32,000 nucleotides of DNA from an uncultured Chloroflexia bacterium (GTDB lineage: Bacteria > Chloroflexota > Anaerolineae > Anaerolineales > Anaerolineaceae): positions 2,550,001 through 2,582,000 of the forward strand of contig OY969938.1 of assembly GCA_963704755.1 (NCBI GenBank), in the 5' to 3' direction. Shown piece by piece: positions 8,726 through 17,738 of this stretch. Both the position numbers and the translations under genes were made by a program. A model generated the notes under the pieces. It was not told the DNA's origin and did no database searches. It saw only the letters and a list, made by a program, of their open reading frames with translations. The first letter of the stretch is position 1. Each line of letters starts with the position of its first letter.

Positions 8726-11700
8726 ATGCCTAGACGGGCGATCTACCGGCTAAATTGGGTGGAAGGAAAACAAACTTACGTACTTACAAACGCCGGTGCG
8801 CCGATCGATGAGCAGCAGGATCCACAACCAGACAGCCCGGCCTGGTTCGCCTGGCTGGATGCCGTGTCCTCCTTCGCCTTTAGCAGTCACTCCGGAACAG
8901 CCTTTACCGCGCGCAAAGAAAAGATGCAGCGCGGTAGCGCATACTGGTATGGCTACCGTTCTCTCCAGGGCAAGACCGTCAAACGATATATAGGCCGGAC
9001 CCCTTATCTATCCCTGGCCCGTTTAGAAGAAATTGCCTTAAGCCTGAGAGGTGACCCAGAACAAAAAGAGGCTCACGATAATGCCGGGCAATGGACGATT
9101 CCTTCAACTAACCAGTACCCACCATCTGATCCAGGCAGTTTACCGGAACCAAAGCCAACCCAGATGATTCCGCTGCTCGAATCTAAACTTTACCCACCCA
9201 GGTTGCCGGTTTCACTGGTAGCGCGGCCCCAACTGAATGCCCGCCTGGAAGCCGGCACAATTCAAAAGCTCACGTTGCTATTGACTCCGGCTGGGTTCGG
9301 CAAAACAACGGCTGTCAGCCAGTGGCTGTCTGAACGCAACTCAAGTTTTAGCCCACACCCAGACAAGGAAGTTTCATCTACCCATCCATCTCCGTCCATT
9401 CCACCATTTGCCTGGCTTACGCTGGACGAAGGTGATAACGACCCGGTGCGATTCTTACGTTACATCATCGCTGCCTGCCAGACCTTTCACCCTAATCTGG
9501 GACGTTCGGCTCTGGCGCTGATTTTCCATGCCCTTCAGCCCCCGTTTGATCTACCCCCAGCGGAGACGATCCTGACATTCCTGCTCAACGACATCATCCA
9601 CTATGTGAGCCACGGGCTCTTAATCCTGGATGATTACCACGTCATTACAGAGCCAACGATCCACGGAATGATGGCTTTTTTCATCGATCATCTTCCTCCA
9701 CCCCTGCATGTAATGCTCCTGACGCGCAGCGAGCCACCGCTGCCCCTGCTCCGCTGGCGGGCACGAGGAGAAATCCAGGAGATCCATACGGCTGATTTGC
9801 GCTTCTCGGTGGAGGAAACGACAGAATTCCTGCATCAGGTAGGTTCAGCAAATTCAATGCCTACCCGGTCGCTCTCAATGGAAACGATCCAGCAGCTTAC
9901 CGGTCGCCTGGAAGGGTGGGCTGCTGGACTACGTCTATTGGTGTTGACTCTGCAAGGGCAAAATGGTCAATTTACGGTTGAGCAGTATCTGGCCCAACTT
10001 GCCGGCGATCCCATTCCTTCCAGTGATCTTCTTGCTTCTTCCCAGCAATCCATTCTGGAATATTTTGTCAGCGAGGTGCTTACCGCTCAGCCCGAACCGA
10101 TCCAATTCTTCCTGCTACAGACCAGCGTACTCGACCGCCTGACCAGCTCATTGTGCGATCAGGTGACCGGCCGGGAAGATAGCGCGACACTGCTGGTTAC
10201 ACTCGAACGAGCCGGGCTTTTTCTGGAATCGCTGAATGGACCGGGGCAGCCCGAGCCATGGTACCGTTATCATGCGCTCTTCGCGGAGGCAATGCGAAGT
10301 GAGGCGCGCAATCGCCTGGGAGAGGCACATTTACGGGAAATGTCCTTGCTAGCGAGCGAGTGGTATCAAGAACATGACCTGCCGGTGGAAGCGGTGGAAG
10401 CGACCTTACGCGCCCAGGAAATCGGGCAAGCGGTGAACCTCATCGAGGCCATCTGCGAACAGGAAAATTTATACGAACCTCATACCTTGCTGAGATGGCT
10501 GCAGCAATTACCGGAAGCGGTCTTTCCCTTGCACCCAACCCTCAGCTTCTTCAACGCGTTGGCATTGCTTTTCACACAGGTGAATACGCCTCTCACCTTG
10601 ATCAAAACGGAAAAGATGAAGGACCGCACGGAGGAGATGCTCCAGAATGCGGAAGCCGGTTGGCGCGAAAGCGGCAACTTGTCCAGACTCGGTGACCTTT
10701 TTGCTTTCCGTGCCCTGATCACCTGGCAATTGGGACAGATTGGAAGCGCCGCCGAGTATGCTCGCAGAGCCCTGGAATTGTTACCCGTTCCGCAGAATCG
10801 CCAGGAGCATACTTATCTGCAGGATATGCAGTGGCGCAGTGTCTGTTTAGCAGTTTTGGGTATGGAAGCCGCCGGCGAAAGGGGATTGGACGAAGCCCGG
10901 CAGTTCCTGCTGCAGGCCTATCAGAGCTGTTCCAGTGCACAAAATCGAGGTTTCGCCCGCGCGACGATCATGATGCTTGCTTCTGTTGACCTGGCGCGGG
11001 GAGAACTCCATCAGCCGGCCGGGGCCATTCGTCAGATACTCTCAGAGGCGAGGGAAGTCAACGATTGGGGAGATGTGACCTATTCGCTTTTTTACCTCTC
11101 AAACATCTATTATGAATGGAATGACCTTGAAATGGTAGAGGAGTTGACGAATGAGGCAGACGAGACCGGCAAGCATGGTTTAGAACCAGAAATACGCGAA
11201 CTCGCTACCTTGCAGCATGTACTCCTCCTCGACCTGCAGGGGAACGTCCCGGCTGCCCAACAGCAATTGAGCAATCTGTTTGCCCGTTTGCAAAGCAGTG
11301 CATCTACACCTGTATCGCTAACCTTCGATGCACTGGATGCTTTGATCCGTTTACAGCTTCGTCTGGGTGACCTCTCTACTGCGAAGCACTATCTAGAGGT
11401 TTTTGCACAATATGAGGACCATGCACCGACAGCTCTCATTTTCAAACGAGATATCCTTCAGGTTCGCCTTCTACTGGCACAGGGAGAAATGCAGGTTGCA
11501 CAATCGCGCCTCGAAACCTATCTCCAACTTGCATCTGCCAAACAGCAGATGCGCAATGTACTGGAAATCCTGATCCTGATGACACTTGCATACGCGAGCA
11601 ATCGACAAGAAGCACAGGCATACAAGACACTCCGGCGGGCGCTCTTACAGGCACAGGAAGAAGGGTTTATCCGCCTTTTCGTCGATGAGGGCAAGCCTTT

Positions 11701-12085
11701 GGCCGAGTTGCTGCATGCTTTGCTCCCAACGGTGCAGGATAAAAAGCTATATTCATATATTCAGCAAATCTTGAACATTTTTCAGGTTGAGCAGGGCGTT
11801 ATGGTCACAAGCACTCCTGTAACATCCCTGGAAATTTCGAATCCTGCCGATTCAAGCCAGCCCTCTCTGGAAGCGCCGGATCGTGTGCCACTGGAGCCGC
11901 TTTCAACTCAGGAGCGGCGGGTGCTCCGCCTGTTGGCGGCCGGGCTGACCAACCCAGAGATCGCCCGCGAATTGGTCATTTCTGTGAACACGGTGAAAGA
12001 TCACGTCAAGCATCTTTATGCCAAGCTTCAGGTGAACAGTCGCGTCGCGGCCAGTGAAGCAGCCCGTCGCCTGCGACTGATCTGA
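8726..12085 (+). CDS. Large ATP-binding LuxR-family (LAL/MalT-like) STAND regulator
   Basis: 1119 aa with AGGAGG before the ATG. Walker A LLLTPAGFGKTT and Walker B LLILDDYH. A long helical TPR-like middle region. C-terminal LuxR HTH LSTQERRVLRLLAAGLTNPEIARELVISVNTVKDHVKHLYAKLQV. The extra ~110-aa N-terminal domain has unknown function. Confidence 0.85.
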   Translation: MPRRAIYRLNWVEGKQTYVLTNAGAPIDEQQDPQPDSPAWFAWLDAVSSFAFSSHSGTAFTARKEKMQRGSAYWYGYRSLQGKTVKRYIGRTPYLSLARLEEIALSLRGDPEQKEAHDNAGQWTIPSTNQYPPSDPGSLPEPKPTQMIPLLESKLYPPRLPVSLVARPQLNARLEAGTIQKLTLLLTPAGFGKTTAVSQWLSERNSSFSPHPDKEVSSTHPSPSIPPFAWLTLDEGDNDPVRFLRYIIAACQTFHPNLGRSALALIFHALQPPFDLPPAETILTFLLNDIIHYVSHGLLILDDYHVITEPTIHGMMAFFIDHLPPPLHVMLLTRSEPPLPLLRWRARGEIQEIHTADLRFSVEETTEFLHQVGSANSMPTRSLSMETIQQLTGRLEGWAAGLRLLVLTLQGQNGQFTVEQYLAQLAGDPIPSSDLLASSQQSILEYFVSEVLTAQPEPIQFFLLQTSVLDRLTSSLCDQVTGREDSATLLVTLERAGLFLESLNGPGQPEPWYRYHALFAEAMRSEARNRLGEAHLREMSLLASEWYQEHDLPVEAVEATLRAQEIGQAVNLIEAICEQENLYEPHTLLRWLQQLPEAVFPLHPTLSFFNALALLFTQVNTPLTLIKTEKMKDRTEEMLQNAEAGWRESGNLSRLGDLFAFRALITWQLGQIGSAAEYARRALELLPVPQNRQEHTYLQDMQWRSVCLAVLGMEAAGERGLDEARQFLLQAYQSCSSAQNRGFARATIMMLASVDLARGELHQPAGAIRQILSEAREVNDWGDVTYSLFYLSNIYYEWNDLEMVEELTNEADETGKHGLEPEIRELATLQHVLLLDLQGNVPAAQQQLSNLFARLQSSASTPVSLTFDALDALIRLQLRLGDLSTAKHYLEVFAQYEDHAPTALIFKRDILQVRLLLAQGEMQVAQSRLETYLQLASAKQQMRNVLEILILMTLAYASNRQEAQAYKTLRRALLQAQEEGFIRLFVDEGKPLAELLHALLPTVQDKKLYSYIQQILNIFQVEQGVMVTSTPVTSLEISNPADSSQPSLEAPDRVPLEPLSTQERRVLRLLAAGLTNPEIARELVISVNTVKDHVKHLYAKLQVNSRVAASEAARRLRLI

Positions 12086-12366
12086 TCTCAGCCCCTTAGC
12101 TCGAAAATTGAACCTGGCGCCGACCCCGGATAAGAACTTTCGAATGGTATTTTTATTCGTGACGGCGAAGCAGTGACACTTCATTTAGCCATGGAATTGA
12201 AATAGCGCCTTTCAGGCGTGTAGCCCGCACATTAACGTTGGCCGCAGTTAATTGTGGCGCTTCCAGCGAAACCACCACGAATAAAAATTTGCACTCGAAG
12301 CGCATCTTTTCAGCCAAACCTGTACTGCTGTAAGAATTCTCGGAAATTTACCGAAAACTACCCAAT

Positions 12367-12407
12367 CAACCACCCGGATGGAGGTTATTACTCCACCCGG
12401 GTGGTTG
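12367..12407 (+). promoter_or_regulatory. Bulged hairpin / inverted repeat in the leader of the amidohydrolase gene
   Basis: caaccacccgg (12367-12377) pairs with ccgggtggttg (12397-12407). An inner tggag/ctcca stem follows, with symmetric 1-nt bulges. It lies ~90 nt upstream of the ATG at 12495. Function unknown: operator, attenuator or terminator. Confidence 0.3.
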
Positions 12408-12494
12408 CTATATTTATGGTCGACAAGAGAGCGCAGAAAGTTCTTGTAAAAAAGCAACGTACTCTACTTCAACGATAAAAAAGGAACTTACGGC

Positions 12495-13736
12495 ATGACT
12501 ACTACCAATAATGTTCGCCGAAAAGAAACGATTACCGCCATCACCAACGTGCGCGTCTTCGATGGAGAGCAGGTCACCACAGACCAGACCGTCATCATCG
12601 ACGGAGCCCACATCCTTGCTGTTGGCGCAAAAGTCCCGACCGGTGCAGCCGTCATCCATGCCCATGGCCAGACTCTGCTGCCAGGCCTGATCGACTCGCA
12701 TACCCATACCGACATGGATGGGCTCCGTGACGCATTGCGGTTTGGCGTGACCACAGAACTGGAAATGAATGGTCGCTGGTCGGCCAAACAGCGCAAACAA
12801 ATCGCCGAACGGACCGATATCGCAGATTTACGCTCCCCTGGGATGGGCGTGTCTCCTAAGGGGGGGCACCCGTCTCAATATATGAGTTCGAGCAGCAATT
12901 TGCTTATTCGCTTCCTTTTCCATTATCCATTTGTCTCGACCCCTGACGAAGCAGCCAAATTCGTCGCGAAACAGGTCGCCGGAGGGGCAGACTACATCAA
13001 AATCTTCATCGAGGATGGATCCTGTGTCGGTTTTCCCGGGTTGCCGGTACTCGATAGCGAGACACTCCTTGCGGCTGTGAAGGAAGCACACCGGTTTAAC
13101 AAAATGGCTATCGCGCATGTGACTACTGTCGAGGGAGGACAGCGCGCCATTGCGGCCGGGGTGGATGGGTTGGCGCACTTGTTTTTTGATCAACGGCCCA
13201 CACCCAAATTTGTGGACGCCATTGCATCCTCCGGTGCATTTGTGACCCCCACCCTGGTGACGATCTCCTCTGCCGTCGGCAATGATGCCTCCGCGCTGGC
13301 CGCCGACGAGCGAGTAAAGTCCAGGCTCGATCAGAAGTGGCTCGATTCACTCTCGCGCAGCATGAATGTTTACCCCCAGGGGAAGCTTGAGGATGCTTTT
13401 GCCAGTGTCATGGACCTCCATAATGTGGGTGTGGATATTCTGGCGGGTAGTGATGTATCGGAGCCCATCCCCAGCCTGGGCGGACTTGCCCACGGCGCCA
13501 GTTTACACCAGGAACTGCAACTGCTAGTTGAGGCCGGACTGACACCAGTCGAAGCGCTCCAGGCTGCCACATCTACCCCAGCGCGCCGGTTCGGATTGAC
13601 CGACCGTGGGCGAATAGTCCCTGGAGCCCGCGCAGACCTGTTGTTGGTCGATGGCGACCCTACCACGAACATCAGTGACACCTTGAATATTCACACGGTG
13701 TGGCGCCAGGGTATCCAACTCTCTACACAAAAGTAA
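12495..13736 (+). CDS. Metal-dependent amidohydrolase family protein
   Basis: 413 aa. HxH metal motif in LLPGLIDSHTHTDMDG. Further conserved AHV..., GLAHLF and AGSDV motifs typical of the amidohydrolase (TIM-barrel) superfamily. Confidence 0.85.
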   Translation: MTTTNNVRRKETITAITNVRVFDGEQVTTDQTVIIDGAHILAVGAKVPTGAAVIHAHGQTLLPGLIDSHTHTDMDGLRDALRFGVTTELEMNGRWSAKQRKQIAERTDIADLRSPGMGVSPKGGHPSQYMSSSSNLLIRFLFHYPFVSTPDEAAKFVAKQVAGGADYIKIFIEDGSCVGFPGLPVLDSETLLAAVKEAHRFNKMAIAHVTTVEGGQRAIAAGVDGLAHLFFDQRPTPKFVDAIASSGAFVTPTLVTISSAVGNDASALAADERVKSRLDQKWLDSLSRSMNVYPQGKLEDAFASVMDLHNVGVDILAGSDVSEPIPSLGGLAHGASLHQELQLLVEAGLTPVEALQAATSTPARRFGLTDRGRIVPGARADLLLVDGDPTTNISDTLNIHTVWRQGIQLSTQK

Positions 13737-13808
13737 GTTCGCAATGTCATGCGGGGTGAGTTGAATTGACCCATATGACAGGCAATCATTTTTCATTCGG
13801 AGGAAATC

Positions 13809-15059
13809 GTGGAACTCACGGCAAAAGCATTCAAAGGTATTTTTACCCCATTACGCAACCGCAACCTGTCGGTATATCTCAGCGGTCAGACCATATCGTT
13901 GTTGGGTACATTCATGCAAGCGACCGCCCAATCCTGGGTGGTATGGCAAATCAGCCACTCTACCTCCGCGCTCGGCATTACGGCGATGCTTGGCTCTATC
14001 CCGCTGCTCATCTTAGGACCTTTTGCCGGGACCTGGGCCGACCGGCTGGATAGACGAAAATTATTAGTAGGCACGCAAATCATCTCGATGATTTTGGCCT
14101 TTATCTTCGCCATCCTGCTGCAAACAAACCTGATCCAGGTCTGGCATATTTATATTTTGTCGGCCATCCTGGGCTGTGTGAGCGCCTTTGATATGCCGGC
14201 TCAAAGTGCTTTTATTGGCGATCTTTCCGGAAACGACCAGGTCAGAGGTGCCGTTGCTCTTACTGCCATGGTGCAGCAGGCCAGTCGTATGGTTGGGCCG
14301 GCCCTGGCCGGGTGGATCATTGGATCATTTGGAGCCGCTCCGGCTTTCTGGCTCAATGGAGCCAGTTTTATCACCGTCCTCTTTAGCCTTCTAGTGGTCC
14401 GGGCCCAGCAGGTCAGTAATTCGAAGGACAGCAAGAAGAACGGCCAGATGAAAGAGGCTTTTCAGTTCGTTTCCCAAGAGCCACGTATTCTGGATCTCCT
14501 GATTTTGTCATTCTTGATGACCTTCTTTGGCCTTTCCGCCGGCCAATTGCTGCCCGCCATCGTAACCAACTCTTTACACAGCGGGGCTGAAATCCTGGGC
14601 GTGATCACAGGCGCCAGTGGAGCTGGCGCGCTGATAAGCTCTTTCTTGATCGCCCCATTGGTCCAGCGCATCCGAAAACCAGGATGGATTATCGCCGGTG
14701 CACTCATCTGGATGGGAGCCTGGTTCGCGATCGAGGTTTCGGCCGGTTCAGTGTGGCTATGGGTCGTGGGCGTGTTTTTTGGCGGCCTGGCCAGCCCGGT
14801 GGTGAACGTCACCTGTAACGGTCTGATCCAGGTTACGACGCCGGCTAACATGAAGGCTCGTATGCTGGCTTTGTGGATGATGGTCAGCTTCGGCATGATG
14901 CCGTTTGGCTATCTTTTGGTCGGCTTTAGTGGTAGCTTGCTTGGAGCGCCGCTGGCAATTATCGTTAACGGTCTGGCATTGATATTGGGGGCAGGGGCGC
15001 TTTTACTCCTTCGCCCTGGCTTACGAAACTGGCAGCCGAATGCCCCCGAAAATGAATAA
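13809..15059 (+). CDS. MFS transporter (EntS/MFS_3-like)
   Basis: 416 aa with ~12 hydrophobic segments. GTG start with GGAGGA 5 nt upstream. N-terminal RNRNLSVYLSGQTISLLGTFMQATAQSWVVWQ and WADRLDRRKLL motifs are typical of this MFS subgroup. Confidence 0.85.
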   Translation: MELTAKAFKGIFTPLRNRNLSVYLSGQTISLLGTFMQATAQSWVVWQISHSTSALGITAMLGSIPLLILGPFAGTWADRLDRRKLLVGTQIISMILAFIFAILLQTNLIQVWHIYILSAILGCVSAFDMPAQSAFIGDLSGNDQVRGAVALTAMVQQASRMVGPALAGWIIGSFGAAPAFWLNGASFITVLFSLLVVRAQQVSNSKDSKKNGQMKEAFQFVSQEPRILDLLILSFLMTFFGLSAGQLLPAIVTNSLHSGAEILGVITGASGAGALISSFLIAPLVQRIRKPGWIIAGALIWMGAWFAIEVSAGSVWLWVVGVFFGGLASPVVNVTCNGLIQVTTPANMKARMLALWMMVSFGMMPFGYLLVGFSGSLLGAPLAIIVNGLALILGAGALLLLRPGLRNWQPNAPENE

Positions 15060-15106
15060 ACTGTAACAATAAACAACTTGAAACGAAATTCGTTCCCTTA
15101 CAACTG

Positions 15107-15153
15107 CGCATTGAACAGATCGGAGTTCCAGGAACTCCGATCTGTTCAATGCG
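15107..15153. repeat. Perfect 23-bp palindrome between the convergent MFS and HTH genes
   Basis: cgcattgaacagatcggagttcc a ggaactccgatctgttcaatgcg. There is no U-tract on either side, so it may be a bidirectional stop or a REP-like element. Confidence 0.7.
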
Positions 15154-15204
15154 TCGCCTCACCTGGTCTTGCTGGGAATGGCCGGTCTGCTCGTTGAAGG
15201 AATG

Positions 15205-15621
15205 TTATTCTTCCAAATACTTCCCCACCAGCACCAGCATCGCCTCCACCACCGCCTTCCTCACCCCAGGTTCGGGGATCTTCGCGACGGCCAGGGCAAT
15301 ATCCACCGCCTCGGGTGGCAGGTTCTCCGTATCCAAACCACGCACATCGAAAATCTTCAACGTCGGCCAGCCGGTCATGGTCAGGAACTCGTTCGGGTTG
15401 ATCCCAAAGTGGTCCGCCAACAGGATGCAGACGTGCATGCTCGGCCGCTGGCCCTCCAGCACCCGGCGTACGCCCTGGTGATCTAGTCCCGCGCGCAGGC
15501 TGGCTTCGCGGTAGCTTTCGTTGTTCTTCTCCAGAAGTTCCCGTAAACGGGTGACCATCGGTTCCGGGTCGTACTTGCTATTGATCGTTTCTCGGCGTGC
15601 TTTGGCAATTGGTTTTTCCAT
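15205..15621 (-). CDS. Xre/Cro-like HTH protein, divergent from the serine recombinase
   Basis: 138 aa. HTH region ASLRAGLDHQGVRRVLEGQRPSMHVCILLADHFGINPNEFL. An 80-nt divergent intergenic region is shared with the recombinase gene, an arrangement typical of integrase/repressor modules. Confidence 0.75.
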   Translation of the reverse strand: MEKPIAKARRETINSKYDPEPMVTRLRELLEKNNESYREASLRAGLDHQGVRRVLEGQRPSMHVCILLADHFGINPNEFLTMTGWPTLKIFDVRGLDTENLPPEAVDIALAVAKIPEPGVRKAVVEAMLVLVGKYLEE

Positions 15622-15701
15622 GTGAGTTTACCTGTCGTAAAATGAGAGAACATCTGTTTTAGTATTGTTTTCAAAAACCATTATAGCACTAGGAGGTTCA
15701 C

Positions 15702-17291
15702 ATGGAGACAGAACGACTGCGAGCGGTCGGGTACCGCAGGGTATCCATGCGCGAGCAGGTGGATGGCCATAGCCTGGACGCGCAGGCCAAGAACATTCAG
15801 GACTACGCGGCCGGGCAAGGTTGGGACTTACTGGAAATCTACACCGATGCCGGGATCTCGGCCAAGAAAGACAGCTACCGGCCGGACCTGGCCCGCCTGA
15901 TGCAGGATGCCGGGGAAGGCAAGTTCGACGTGGTCGTGGTGGATAAGATCGACCGTTTCTACCGCCACCTGGCCGGGCTGCTCTCTGCACTGGATGATCT
16001 GCGTCACATGAATGTGGCCTTTGCCTCGGTGCAGGAACGCCTGGATTTCACTTCACCCTGGGGAAAGCTCACCCTCACTGTACTGGGTATCCTGGCAGAG
16101 TTGTACCTGGATAACCTTCGCCAGGAGACGATCAAAGGCAAAAAGGAGCGTGCTCGCAAGGGCTTGTGGAACGGCCAGCCGCCCATCGGTTATTGTAAAG
16201 GGCTGTGCGCAGAGTGTGAGGACCCCAACGGCAAGGGCTACTGTCCCGACTACGGTCAAGCGGATAAGACCGATGGGAAACATTTGGTCGCCCACCCCAT
16301 CGACAGCCGGGTGGTCAGGCTGGTCTTTTCCTGGTACCTGGAAGGGACCGCGTCCGATGGCACCATTGCCGAGCGGCTCAACCAGTACAAAATGGAGCTG
16401 CCCAACGGCGAAAAAGTACAGGTACGCCAACGTGGCCACGTCGGTACAACCGGGGCTGGCCCATTCACGAAAGACGTGATCCGAGATATGCTCAACCGGG
16501 TTTTCTACACCGGTATGCTGCCCTACAAAACCTCTGCCGCTTTGGGAGCCCGGCGGACCCGCCGCAGCGAGTTGGCCACCGCCGAGTTGTTCAAAGGCCA
16601 GCACCCGGCCTTGATCAGCATGGAGGACTACAAAAAGGCTCAGGAAAAGCGCAAGATGCGCATGGTGGATCACAGCTCGCGCTGGCACACGCCGGCGCGG
16701 ATCTTCCCCTTGACCGGGCTTCTTTTCTGCGGCTACTGTGGTAGTCCGATGCGCGGTACCTCGACCATGGAGCGGCGCTATTACAGGGACGCGTCCAGCA
16801 TTGATAAGACATTGGATTGTTCGCAGCACACCTTGCGGGCCGACGTCCTGGAGGACCAGGCAGCCATCATCCTAAAAGAGATTCTGAAGAGTTGGGAAGA
16901 AAAGAACGCTTTGTCCGACCTGGAAAACGCGCAGCAAGATATGGAACAGCGTTTCGAGCGTGCCCGCGAGCTGTACCTGGAAGGCGATATTTCCCGCGAG
17001 CAGTTCCAGGCCGAAAAAGAGCAGTACGAGCATGCCAATGAGCGCTTGCACCACTCAAATGCGAATGTTATAATAACACTAGCCAGAACAATGAAGCCTA
17101 GTTTAGAGAACTGGGACAGCACCTTACCAATGGAACGGAAAAAGCTGCTACGGACGGCAATCCGAGCAGCCTTTGTCCGAGGCAACACCTTTGTGGCCCT
17201 ACAGACTACCGAGGTGTTTTGGCCTCTAACCGAAACTATTAGTTGTCAGTGCGGGGAGGGCGGGATTCGAACCCGCGGTCGAGGTTTATAG
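15702..17291 (+). CDS. Large serine recombinase (integrase type)
   Basis: 529 aa with AGGAGG before the ATG. Resolvase catalytic domain AVGYRRVSMREQVDGHSLDAQ...DAGISAKK...VVVVDKIDRFYR. Recombinase domain, zinc ribbon LLFCGYCGSPMRG, and a coiled-coil C-terminus. The last 13 codons (...CGEGGIRTRGRGL*) are read from the complement of tRNA-Ser(GCU). Confidence 0.9.
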   Translation: METERLRAVGYRRVSMREQVDGHSLDAQAKNIQDYAAGQGWDLLEIYTDAGISAKKDSYRPDLARLMQDAGEGKFDVVVVDKIDRFYRHLAGLLSALDDLRHMNVAFASVQERLDFTSPWGKLTLTVLGILAELYLDNLRQETIKGKKERARKGLWNGQPPIGYCKGLCAECEDPNGKGYCPDYGQADKTDGKHLVAHPIDSRVVRLVFSWYLEGTASDGTIAERLNQYKMELPNGEKVQVRQRGHVGTTGAGPFTKDVIRDMLNRVFYTGMLPYKTSAALGARRTRRSELATAELFKGQHPALISMEDYKKAQEKRKMRMVDHSSRWHTPARIFPLTGLLFCGYCGSPMRGTSTMERRYYRDASSIDKTLDCSQHTLRADVLEDQAAIILKEILKSWEEKNALSDLENAQQDMEQRFERARELYLEGDISREQFQAEKEQYEHANERLHHSNANVIITLARTMKPSLENWDSTLPMERKKLLRTAIRAAFVRGNTFVALQTTEVFWPLTETISCQCGEGGIRTRGRGL

Positions 17292-17343
17292 CCCCGACAA
17301 CCGCTTAGCAGGCGGCCCCATTCAACCACTCTGGCACCTCCCC
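17252..17343 (-). tRNA. tRNA-Ser (anticodon GCU), no encoded CCA
   Basis: Minus-strand sequence: GGGGAGGTGCCAGAGTGGTTGAATGGGGCCGCCTGCTAAGCGGTTGTCGGGGCTATAAACCTCGACCGCGGGTTCGAATCCCGCCCTCCCCG. It folds by hand into:
- 7-bp acceptor GGGGAGG/CCTCCCC
- anticodon loop CTGCTAA
- long variable arm
- T arm GCGGG-TTCGAAT-CCCGC. Confidence 0.85.
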
Positions 17344-17436
17344 AGGTTACTTCTAGCGATTATGCTGTAAAGATGCAAATCTACTGCGAATTTCTACTTC
17401 TTACTGGCCTTGCCCAAATATTTGTCAACATACCAG

Positions 17437-17521
17437 CGGAGGGAGAGGGATTCGAACCCACGGTGGGTTGCCCCACACCTGTTTTCAAGACAGGCGCCTT
17501 AAACCACTCGGCCATCCCTCC
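17437..17521 (-). tRNA. tRNA-Ser (anticodon UGA), no encoded CCA
   Basis: Minus-strand sequence: GGAGGGATGGCCGAGTGGTTTAAGGCGCCTGTCTTGAAAACAGGTGTGGGGCAACCCACCGTGGGTTCGAATCCCTCTCCCTCCG. Hand fold:
- acceptor GGAGGGA/TCCCTCC
- anticodon stem CCTGT/ACAGG with loop CTTGAAA
- long variable arm
- T stem with one U-U mismatch. Confidence 0.8.
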
Positions 17522-17551
17522 AATTACGGGGTTCCCATCCCGGCGTCGCTG

Positions 17552-17580
17552 ATTCTATCATAACTTAACCCCCTGGACAA
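17552..17580 (-). promoter_or_regulatory. Candidate sigma70-type promoter for tRNA-Ser(UGA)
   Basis: The minus strand reads TTGTCC (17580..17575), a 17-nt spacer, then TAGAAT (17557..17552). The -10 ends ~30 nt upstream of the tRNA 5' end. Confidence 0.4.
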
Positions 17581-17738
17581 GACGACGGTTCCTTCTTGAC
17601 AGTGGATAAATCTGCAAATTTTCCTCCCCGTTTTGGCTTTCCTTCCTGCACCGTATCGCTATAATTTAAATTGTTGTGTTCTTTACAACCAGTCGTGGGG
17701 CGAATCCGTTGACTGGAAAATATCGCATGGGAGGAACA

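Noticed and set aside
12186-12215. ggaattgaaatagcgcctttcaggcg downstream of the LuxR gene as a stray CRISPR repeat (ATTGAAA-like end).
   Set aside because: It is a single occurrence with no second copy or spacer periodicity. It is more simply a small stem-loop (cgcct ttc aggcg) in a 3' UTR.
17676-17738. The track start at 17676 for the nuclease gene.
   Set aside because: The first 21 residues precede a typical signal peptide and have no RBS. ATG 17739 is preceded by GGGAGGA and yields a standard n-h-c signal sequence. ATG 17727 remains a possible alternative.
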